The notes beneath the pieces are model-generated. The model had not been told where the DNA came from, made no database searches, and was given only the letters and a program-made list of their open reading frames with translations. Positions 13,101-25,100 of a DNA stretch of 32,531 nt are shown here, piece by piece (the stretch's first letter is position 1; the number at the start of each line of letters is the position of its first letter). Position numbers and translations under genes: made by a program. Source of the DNA: Planctomycetota bacterium (GTDB lineage: Bacteria; Planctomycetota; MHYJ01; JACQXL01); contig JACQXL010000073.1 in the NCBI GenBank assembly GCA_016208805.1, positions 1 to 32,531 of the forward strand. Reading direction: 5' to 3'.

Positions 13101-16100
13101 GTATGGGATTGCCGGCGGATACCGGACCATCAAGAGTCAGGCCGAATATATGGGCAGATTATATTTAGGGTTCGGCAGCGCCCTCTATAACGCAACCACT
13201 TCTATTGCTATCACGGCCGGCGAACCATATGACCTATTCTATCTCCAGAGCAAGGGTTATATCGCTTCTACGATGAATTCGTTCAACGTCAATACCTGGT
13301 ATCATATTCAGGCGGCCTATGACCGCTCTGTTAACAGAAAGATGTATTTGCGGATTTCCGACACGGGCGGACTGATAGAAGAAAACACGGTTCGGGCAAA
13401 TATGATATTAAATGCGTCGTCCGTGCCGTTGTATATCGGCGCCGACCGGCAATACGGCAGGTATTTCAGGGGGTTAATAGACGAGGTCGGGCTGTTTAAT
13501 ACGGCCTATATCGGCGCTCATCAGGGGCCGGCCTATTACGAATCGGGCGAGATTGCCGCGCCCAATAACGGTTATGTCAGATGGAATAATATCGCCTGGG
13601 GCGAGCAGGAACGATATGGTGATGAACTGACGGCTGAATCAGGTGTGGAGATGGCCGGTCTCTGGCACCTGAATAATAACACCATAGACGAGTTCGGTAG
13701 CACGACCGACCCGGCAAATACCCTGCTTGATTTTACTGCCGGGGCCAAGTTCGGGGGTTATGCGGGTTGGTTTAACGGGACAAATAATAAGATAGCCGTG
13801 TGGGATGGCGCGGCGTATAACTGGACATCAGCCGGGCTGACCGTAGAGGCGTGGGTCAAGAACAGCACGATGTTGCCGCAGTCAATCGTGGCCAAGGGCG
13901 CCGGCACGACATTAGAATTCCGGCTCTATATAGAAAACGATTACCGGCCGGCCTTCTGGGTATCAAGTGGTGGCTCAGGTAAATCACCACTTGCCTACGG
14001 GCCTGTTGCCCGAACAGTTACGGATAATAGGTGGCATCATATTGTCGGGGTCTATGACGGCACATCGGTTAAGGTCTTTGTGGACGGTGAGTCGGGAGGT
14101 TCCGTTAGTTATAGCGGCACGGTCTATAACGGCGCTGATGCGGTATGGATTGGCTCCGACCAGGAAGGTGAGTGGTATTATACCGGCGTGATAGACGAGG
14201 TGGCCATATATCGGAGGCCGTTACAATCTGCCGAGGTTCTATCCAGATACCAGAAGGGCGTTACTTCTCTTAAGTTGAGGGTAAGTGTACGGGACGGGGG
14301 CGGTTACGGCTCGTGGGTCGGGCCGAACGATACGGACAGCGATTTTAAGATAGGCCAGAGTGAAGTAATCAGCGGGACTACAGGGCTGGTCGGGCGGGCT
14401 ATCAAATACCGGGCTGAGTTCACCACAGCCAACCCCCTCTACCCGGCTCGGTTTGACTTACTTAAACTCGCCCACCAGCCATATTATTCCAACCAGTCGC
14501 CCTGGGTAAGTAATTCCAGCGGCTGGGGTTATACCGGATTGGCCGGTTTCTTTGAGACACGGGGAAGCGGCTCGGCAACAGTAGATAATGTCAGATACCA
14601 AATCTCGCATCCGGCTAATCCGGCCGAGTGGTGGTGGTATAATGCCGGCTGGCAAATCGCTACTTCATCGGTAATGTCTTCCACCTGGCAGACCATCAAT
14701 GATAATATTTATACCTTTGACCCTGATGGCGCGCCTCAAAGCGGTAATTTCTATTTCAAGGCATTCCTGGTTTCTAACGGTATAGAATATGTGGCGTTGG
14801 ACGAGGTCAAGGTGGCAGACCAGTCGGTTACGGTTACCTATCCGAACGGCGGCGAGCAATGGGCATTAGGCGAACAACGGCAGTTCCAGTGGAGCAAGAA
14901 AGGGGCGGTGACTGCGGTTAAGATAGAACTGGCCAGAAACGGGCTGGGTGGTTCGTGGGAAGTGATTACCGATACGGTAGATGCCGCGGCTGGGGTCTAT
15001 ACATGGACCGTCACCTCGCCGGTTTCCACGACCTGTTATGCCCGGATAACATCCCTGCAGGATGCCAGCGTCTGGGACACCTCAAATGCTCAATTTGAGA
15101 TAAAAGAGGTTTCGGGCAAGAGCATAACAATCGGTTCGCCCAGCGCCGGAGATAATTGGATAGCCGAAGACCCGCATTCAATTACATGGACGACATTAGG
15201 CGGGGTGGGCAATGTTACCATCCAGTATTCCAAGAGCGGTAATTTTGATGACACTAAAACACTGGTAACCGGCATACCAAATACTACCACAATTTATAAC
15301 TGGACGCCGGTATCTTCGGATATTTCATCGGCGGCCGGCGGTAAGATAAGAATAATGGAAGACGATGGCTCGCCTACTACCGATTCAAACGCTTTCTTTG
15401 TCAAGGCCGGTTTTAATATCACCGTTCCGAATACTTATCCTATTTCCTGGGTGGTGGGTACAAACCAGACGATTCAGTGGTTCACCAAGGGCGATTCCGG
15501 CGATGTCAAGTTGGAATATTCCAGAGATGACTTCAATAGTGATATTAATATAATTACGCCGGCTATTTCCAATTCGCCCGGCGCGGGCAGTTATGTCTGG
15601 ACGCCGATTCCGATTACCACGACCTTAGGCGCGGCGTATAATGTCAAGGTCAGGATTAAAACGCTTGACGCAACCAAACCGCCCGCAGAAGATAAGTCTG
15701 ATAACGGTTTCAAGATATGCGGCAGTATCACGGTGGGACAGCCCAATGGCGGCGAGACGCTTTATGTCAACGATATGGGTAATGTCATTACCTGGACCAA
15801 GGTCGGCAATATCGTCAACTACCAGATAAGGTATTCAACAAACGGCGGGACGTCCTGGCCTTATAATATCGTGGCATCCACCGGCGGTACAGATTTAGGC
15901 GGTGGGGTGCGCGGGTTTACCTGGGAGCCCATCCCGGATACCATCTCTCCTGACTGCCGGGTAAAGATTACCGATGCGGACGACGGCCCGTTCTATGAGG
16001 TGCTGGATACCTCTAATGCTAATTTCACTATAAAGGGTAAGTTAGCGCTAACTACTCATCCGGGTCAGGCATCGGGTCAGGAATTCGTGATAGATTCAAC

Positions 16101-19100
16101 CACGCCCATCTCGTGGAATACGGTTGGGACAATACCGAATGTGAATGTTTGGTATATAGATGACTTCGGTTCAGTTAAAATCACCGGTCCGATATCCAAT
16201 ACCGGTGGAATTCTCTGGACAATCACGGACGACCTCAATCCCGACCCTAATAGTAATGTAAGGGTCTGGGTGGAGAATGCGGACGATACAACAGTCAAGT
16301 CACAATCACTCAATGCCTTCAAAATAAAGGGTGAGATTACGGTGGGTAAACCGGTGGGCGGCGATACCTATCTGGCTTATCACTCGTCTTATCAAACCAC
16401 GACATATTCCATAACTTGGACAGTTACCGGTTCAATCCCGTTTGTCAGGTTAGAGTATTCTACGACCGGCGAATTCGGGGCATATTCTACCGTAGCGCCG
16501 CCGGCGCCGGTAATCATTGCCTGTGGTGCGACCGGGACATATAATTATACCTGGCAGGTGCCATCTGTCCTCTCCGTGGCCTGCCGGGTCAAGGTGTCTG
16601 ATAGTGCCGATACAGCGGTCTATGGACTTTCTCAGCCAACAGACTTCACCGTAAAGGGCAAATTAGAGGTTACCGCTCCGATAAGTAGCGACATCTGGGC
16701 GGTGGGTGATACTGATAAGATTATTAAATTTAAGGTTACCGGCAACATCGGCGATGCCAGGATAGAGTATCTGGATAATACCAGTACCTGGCAGCCAATT
16801 ACCACAAGTTTCCCCGCTACGGCCGGCATAGAAAATTCGTATCAATGGTCAAGCGGGGTGGCGGACGTAATCACAACTACTGCCAGAATCAGAGTGAGGC
16901 CGGTGATTGCTGAGCGGGCTGACCCGTCGGAATCACCGCTCTTTACCATAAAGACTAATATTAATGTATACAAACCGGCGCTTAATGACTCGGTCTATGT
17001 CTATCATCCGACCTATCAGCCGACTAAATACCCGATTACATACACATATACCGGCACGGTTACCAATGTCAAATTCCAGTATTCAGCCAACGGCGATGCC
17101 GGTCCGTGGACGGATATCGGGACGGGCTTTACTAACGGCGATGGCACCGGGCAATATAACTGGGAGGTGCCGAATGTGATTACTTCCACCGCTAAGGTAA
17201 AGGTACTGGATAATGATGCCAACCATCCGGCGGCCGAGGGCAAATCCCAGCAATTCCTGATTAAAGGTAGACTGATTGTGGCTTATCCGTCCGCGGGCGA
17301 TGCGGTAACGTATCAGGATAATATTGCCATTAGTTGGACCGCGGTCGGGTCTTTTACGCCGGTTAAAATAGAGTATTATGACGGCACCAGTTGGGTTACG
17401 CCGGAGATTACTTCCAGCGCGGCCAGTGTTTCAGGGACAAATAACTCATATCCTTGGAATATACCGGATAAGGATTCTGATACCTGCAAGATAAGGGTTT
17501 CATCAACCGACTGGCAAAATATCTCTGCGGAAGGCGGCGTATTCCGGATAAAGGGTAAGGTGCAGGTAACCACGCCGGCCGGCGGTGAAGTATATGTGAT
17601 AGGCCAGAACCCGGTTATCAGTGGCACGAAATCAACCTCGGTAAGCGCAATTAAGTTAGAGTATTATAATGACGGTTCGGTTTCTCCAGGCTGGGAGACA
17701 GTAGTAACGAGTTATGCCGTAGCGCCATTGACCACCTGGAGTTACAGCGGCTGGACCGTACCGGATAAGATAAGCGCCGACCCGTTCAGCCCGGCCGCCA
17801 AGATAAGGATAACTGATGTGACCGTGGCAGGTTATTCGGATGTGACTTCTACCAGCAATAGTTTTAAGGTAATAGGCAGTTTCACCATTACCTATCCAGA
17901 TGCAGTCGCAACCTGGGGTGTAGGGGAACCAAGACCTATTACATGGACGACCAACGGTTCAATCAGTAAGGTCAATATCCAGTGGAGCATTAATGGTGTT
18001 ACCTGGACTAACTTTGTGACTAATTACGACAATAACGGCAACGGCACCACCGCTATCGGCATTACCGTGCCCGATGCCATCACCAACACTTTCAGGGTAC
18101 GTGTTGCTGCCAATACGGATAGCACGGTCTATAAGGACTCGCCTAATTTTGTGGTCAAAGGCAGATTCCTGATGACCCAGCCGATTTCTACAACCAAGTG
18201 GTTGGTAAATAATCAGGAGGATATTAAGTGGGATGTCTGGGGAACAATCAGTAAGGTAAATATATATTACTGGAATCAAACTATCCCTGACTGGGTTAGT
18301 ATTACAACTAACGCCCCGGCCACCAATACAGTCACTACAGGACAATACCTCTGGACCATCCCGAACCTTATCAGAGATGACATTAAGGTGAAGGTGGAGA
18401 ATGTAGATGACACTTCGGTGGTAAGAGAATCGGACCCGTTTAAGATAAGAGGAAAAGTGCATATAGATGTTCCTAATGGCGGGCAGGTGTATTATGTCTA
18501 TGACACGGTTGACCAGCCGACCAAGAGCCCGATACAATTCACGATAACCGGTTCAATAACCACTGCGCTTAATTTAGAATATTCTATCGATGACGCTGTC
18601 TGGAATCCGATAGCAACCACAACCGTAGCCAGCGCCGGAGTATATACTTATCAGTGGGAAGTGCCTGGCACAGTACCAACAAATATTTGCAAGACCGTTA
18701 AGGTCAGGATAGTAGATACGGCGGTTGAGGGTGAAATAGACCCTTCTGATGCCAATTTTGAGATAAGGGGCAAGATATTTGTAACCGGTCCGATTACCAC
18801 CACGGTCTGGGCAGTAGGCGAGATTGGAAACAGCATCGTCTGGACCTCCGTAGGTAACATCGGCAGTGTAACCCTGCAGTATCTCAAAGACATCACCTGG
18901 ACGAATATAACCACGGTTGCCAGTAATGACGGTACGAACAATTACCTCTGGTCGGCCGGGGTAGCGAATGCCATATCCAGTGCGGCGAAGATACGGGTCG
19001 TGCCTGACCCGGCATTTGACCGTGCCAGCCCGGCCGAATCGCCCGCATTCAGTATCAAAAGCACGATCACGGTGGGTAGCCCGATGGCCAATGCGGTCCT

Positions 19101-22100
19101 GCTGGTAGATAGTACCACTCCGATAACCTGGACATATACCGGGACAGTAAGCAAGGTGAATATAGAGTTCAATATCAATGAGGAGGTCACCTGGACGGCG
19201 GTTGCCACAGCCGATACCGCGGGCAATGGGACCGGTAGTTATGACTGGAAAGTGCCCAATGCCATCTCAACCAATGTCAATATCCGGATATCGGATGCGG
19301 ATGCGGGACATCCGGCTGGGACAGTAGAAGGCCCGACCTTCAATATCAAGGGCAAATTGACTGTGGGCGCACCTATCTCAACCAGCGAGTGGACCACGGG
19401 AGAGTCCAGGGCTATTACCTGGACCGCTAATGGTGGACCGTTTAATATCAAGTTGGAGCTGTCTACCGATGACGGTCTCAGCTGGGAAGCAACACCGATA
19501 GTTGCATCATACGGAAGCGTCAGCGGGACCAACACCTATACCTGGAACCCGGTCTGGGACCGGGTATCATCCAAATGCAGGATAAGAATCTCACCCACTC
19601 AAACGTGGCAGAGTATCTCTGATGTAAGCCCGCAGTTTAAGATAAAGGGTCTGCTAACAGTAACCGCGCCATCAATGGCCGGTCAATCCGGATACCTGAC
19701 AATCGGACAGAACCCGAGCATAACGGGTACCAAGTCCACAGCGGTAACCAGCATCAAGATAGAATACTACAATGATAGCGCGATACCGGGCTGGGAAACA
19801 CTTATAGCAAGTCATGGGGTCGGGGTAGGCACGACCTGGAGTTATGGCTTGTGGACCGTGCCGGACAAGATAAGCGCCGACCCGTTAAGCCCGGCTGCCA
19901 AGATAAGGGTAACCGATGTTACTGATGCCGGTATCACTTGTTCTTCTGAAAGCGGCACATTCAAGGTGTGTGGTAGTTTCACGGTAACCTATCCGCCGGC
20001 ACTGACCGTCTGGTTGGTAGGCGAATCAAGACCGATTACCTGGACGACCAACGGTTCCATCAATAATGTCAATGTCCAGTGGAGCAAGGACGGCGGTTCT
20101 AACTGGACGACCTTTAGCAACGGCACTAATGTTTCTAATAACGGCAACGGCACCACGGCACTGACTATTACCGTGCCTGATGCGATAGCCAACACCTTCA
20201 AGGTCAGGGTGGTGGCCTCCGGTGACAGTACTGTTTGGGCATCATCACCTAATATAGAGGTCAAGGGCCGGCTCCAGATAACCGCGCCGATAGCGACAAC
20301 CATCTGGCGCGTGGGTAATCAGGAATATATCACCTGGGATGTCTGGGGAACAATCAGTAAGGTAAATATATATTACTGGAACCAGACTATCCCTGACTGG
20401 GTTAGTATCACGACTAATGCCCCGGCCACCAACACGCCGACCACGGGACAATACCTCTGGACCATCCCGAACCTTATCAGAGATGACTTTAAGGTGAAGG
20501 TGGAGAATGTAGATGACAGTTCGGTGGTAAGAGAATCGGACCCGTTTAAGATACGGGGTAAGGTTCAGGTCAATAACCCCAACGGCGCAGAGGTCTATTA
20601 TGTCTATGACTCGGTAGACCAAACTACCAAATACCCGATCACCTACACCGTTACCGGCGCTATCAGCCAGGTAAAGATAGAGTATTTACAAAGCGGGATA
20701 ACCTGGACCTTGATTAGCACAACTAATGCAACCGGGCTCTGGATGTGGGAGGTGCCGGGTGCTGCGGCGGATATCTGCAAGGCCGTCCGGGTGCGGGTTA
20801 CAGACAATATTAACTCCGATACGGCTGATGACTCCAATGCCGATTTTGAGATAAGGGGCAAGATATTTGTAACCGGTCCGATTACCACCACGGTCTGGGC
20901 AGTAGGCGAGATTGGAAACAGCATCGTCTGGACCTCCGTAGGTAACATCGGCAGTGTAACCCTGCAATACCTCAAAGCAGGGAGTTGGTATGATATCACA
21001 ACGGTTGCCAGTAATGATGGTATTAATAGTTATCTCTGGGTAGCCCCGGGAGTGGCAGATGCTATCTCAACCGCGGCTAAGGTCAGGGTCAAACCGGATG
21101 AGACATTTGACCGGGCTAATATTGCCGAATCACCGGCATTCACTATCAAGACGACCATAACAATAGGCAAACCAACTGCAGGCGAATCGCTCTTTGTGGA
21201 TAACACCTACACCATCACCTGGACATATACCGGCACGGTTAGTCAGGTAAAGATAGAATACAATAAAAATGATGAGGTAACCTGGACGCAGGTGGCATTG
21301 GTTACAGCCAGTCAGAAGTTCTATGACTGGCAGGTACCGGATGCGATATCGGATAATGTCAATATCAGGATATCAGACAATGATGCCGGTCATCCACCTG
21401 CCACAGTAGAGAGCGGGCAATTCTATATTAAGGGGCAGGTAACTGTTGGCGCGCCTGCATTCGGGGCTGAATGGACTTATAATGAATCAAGGAATATTAC
21501 ATGGACCGCAAACGGCGGACCGTTTGATGTCAGGATAGAATTATCCACCAATAACGGCGGCAGTTGGGAGGCCACACCCATTGTTGCCTCATACGGCAGC
21601 GTCAGCGGCACCAATACTTATCCCTGGAACCCGGTCTGGGACAGGGTCTCAGCACAGTGCAAGGTAAGAGTCAAGTCAACTGGTGACTTGCAGAATATCT
21701 CTGATGAGTCAGAGGTATTCAAGATAAAGGGTCAATTGCAGATTGGGTATCCGGCAGGCGGAGAGGTGTTCGTGGTCAATAGCAGCCCGACGATTACCGG
21801 GACTAAATCAACCGCGGTGCGATATATCAAGATAGAGTGTGATTATGATGACACGGCGCCGGGCGACTGGGTAACGCTGGCAGCCAGTTATGATGTCGGA
21901 GCAGGCACGACCTGGAGTTATGGTGGCTGGACAGTGCTTGACCGGATTAGCGCCAATCCGCTGGGCCCGGCTGCCAGGATACGGGTTACCGATGTGACCG
22001 ATGCCAGCATCACCAATGTCATTGCAACAAGTAATAACTTTAAGGTCATCGGAGGATTCACAGTAACCTATCCGACTGCAGGCACGACCTGGCTGGTGGG

Positions 22101-25100
22101 CGAATCTCGTCCGATAACCTGGACGACCAATGGAGCTATTAATGCGGTTAATGTTCAGTGGAGCAAGGACGGCGGTTCTAACTGGACGACCTTCAGCAAC
22201 GGCGCTAATGTGCCCAATAACGGCAACGGCACGACCGCGCTGACCATCACCGTGCCGGATGCCATCACCAATACCTTTAAGGTCAGGGTGGTGGCATTCA
22301 GCGATGACACGGTCTGGGCCGCCTCGCCTAATATTGAGGTCAAAGGCCGGCTCCAGATAACCCAGCCCATAAGCACGACCAAGTGGCTGGTGGATAACCA
22401 GGAAGAGATTAAATGGGATGTTTACGGGTCAGTATCAAGTGTCAATATAGATTATCGGACGGGTCTGTTACAACCTTGGGTTTCTATAACCACGACCGCG
22501 CCGGCGACTTATACATCCGGGGCAGGGCGTTATGGCTGGACGATACCTAATGTTATCGGTGATACTCTGCAGGTCAGGGTAGTCCAGAGTAATGACAGCG
22601 CCGTAGAAAGTATCTCAGCCCAGTACCTTAAGATAAGAGGTAAGGTACAGATAAATAATCCTAACAATGGTACCGAGGTATATTATCCTTATGATGCGGT
22701 TTACCAGACCACCAAATACCCGATAACCTACACTGTTACCGGTTCAGTATCACAGGTGAGATTGGAATACTGTCCGGATGGGGTAGCCGGGCCCTGGACC
22801 CAGATAACGCTGGTTGATACACCGGTTTCCGGGACCTCCACCTATCTGTGGGAGGTGCCCGGGGCATTAACCGATATCAAAAAGACGGTGAGAGTCCAGA
22901 TAGTGGATACGACGGCCGATGGAGAATCGGACTATTCCGATGCCAACTTTGAGATAAGGGGTAGAGTGACGGTAACCAGTCCGGATGCCAGCGCAACCTG
23001 GGCGGTCGGAGAGACCGGTCGGACGATTAACTGGGATGGCGTGGGCAATATCGGTAATGTTACATTAGAGTATCTAAAAGGCGTCAGTTGGTATTCTATA
23101 GCCACGGTAGCCAGTTCCAATGGGCCGAATAGTTATCTCTGGAATGCCGGGACGCCACCTTATGTAGCGGATGCGATATCAACGGCCGCCAAGATACGGA
23201 TAGTTCCGGACCCTGCATTTGGCCGTGCCATTACTGACGATTCAGACCCGTTTACTATCAAATCAACATTAATGCTCGGTAAACCCACGGCCGGTGAATC
23301 GCTTTATGTGGATAATAGTTATACTATTACCTGGACCTATACGGGCACGGTTACAAATGTCAAGTTGGAATACAACATCAATGACGAGGTAACCTGGACT
23401 AATATAGCAACGGTATCGGCTGGTGCGGTAGGGCAGGGTTCATATGACTGGACCGTGCCCAATGCCATTTCAAGCAATGTCAATCTCAGGATATCAGATG
23501 CGGATGCGGGTCATCCGGCTGCCACTGTTGAGGGGGTCCAGTTCTTTATCAAGGGGCAGATAACGATTGGTTCGCCGGCGCTGGATGCGGAATGGACCAA
23601 GGGCGAATCACGGGCCATCACCTGGACGGCCAATGGCGGTCCATTCCCGGTCAAGATAGAGTTATCCACCAATAACGGCGGCAGTTGGGAGGCCACACCT
23701 ATTCTGGGGGCATATACCAGTGTCAGCGGGACAAATAGTTGGACCTGGAATCCGGTCTGGGATAGGGTTTCGTCACAGTGTAAGATTAAGATATCATCTA
23801 CTGATGGGTGGCAAAATATATCAGGATTAAGTAACTCATTTAAGATAAAGGGCACGGTGACTGTCGGGTATCCGGCCGGTGGCGAGACATTTGTGGTTAA
23901 TAACAATCCGACGATAACCGGTACCAAATCAGGCGCGGTGACTGCCTTTAAAATAGAGGTTGATTATGACGACACGGCGCCGGGCGACTGGGTAACGTTA
24001 GCGGCCAGTTATGCGGTGGTCTCGGGCTCTGCGACCTGGAGTTATGGCGGCTGGACCGTGCTGGACAGAATCAGCGCCAATCCGTTAAGCCCGGCCGCCA
24101 GGATACGGGTTACCGATGTGACCGATGCCAGTATTACCAATATTATTGCGATAAGTAATAATTTTAAGGTAAAGGGTGCCATAAGTGTGTCATCGCCGGC
24201 TTTCCCGGATGAGTGGTTGGTTGGCTCAAGCCAGACCATCACTTGGAGCGCTACTGGTTCAGTTAGCCCGGTTAATATTTATTACTCAACAGATGATTTT
24301 GCCACTATAACTAAGACGATAGCCACGAATGTTTTGGCTGGTTCTGGGACAAGGATTTATACCTGGCCAGCAGTGGCAGACAATATTACCTCTGGTTATA
24401 CGGTGAAGGTAAAGGTCTGTGCTTCCAATGACCAGGATGATGTAAAAGGCGTAAGCAGTATCTTTAAGATAAAAGGTGCGATAGAAGTACGGGAGCCATC
24501 CAATCCTGGGATAGAATTAGAGGTCGGCAGTGCCTATACGATTACCTGGAGAACCACCGGCCAGCCCAAGAATGTCAGGATAGTATATTATACTGATATT
24601 ATACCGGAAACTGAAATAGTTGCCTCAACTCCGGCTACATATGTTCCGATTGCGGGTGTTACTTATGAGGGCAGATATCCTAATTGGGTCGTTCCGCCCG
24701 CTGTTTCCAAGCAGGCCAGGATAAAGATATATGATAAAGATGATAACACCGTCTATGATATATCCGATAATGTCTTCAGGATAAAAGCCAAGATAACCGT
24801 TACCAGCCCGAATACAGGTAACGAAGTCGGTATAGTCGGAGCCGACCCAGGATTATCCATCTCGTGGGCAATCACAGGTACTGCGACCAATGTTAAACTG
24901 GAGTATACGGTTAATAATGGTTTAACATGGACTAATATTGCCACCGTAGACGCAGGCGCCACGCCTTATAACTGGGTTATACCGGATGTGACTGGAATTA
25001 TTTCTAATAACTGCCGTGTTCGGGTGACCGATGCCGATGCCGGCGAAACTGATATATTGGATATTTCGGACAACCTTTTCAGGATAAGAGGTAAACTTAA

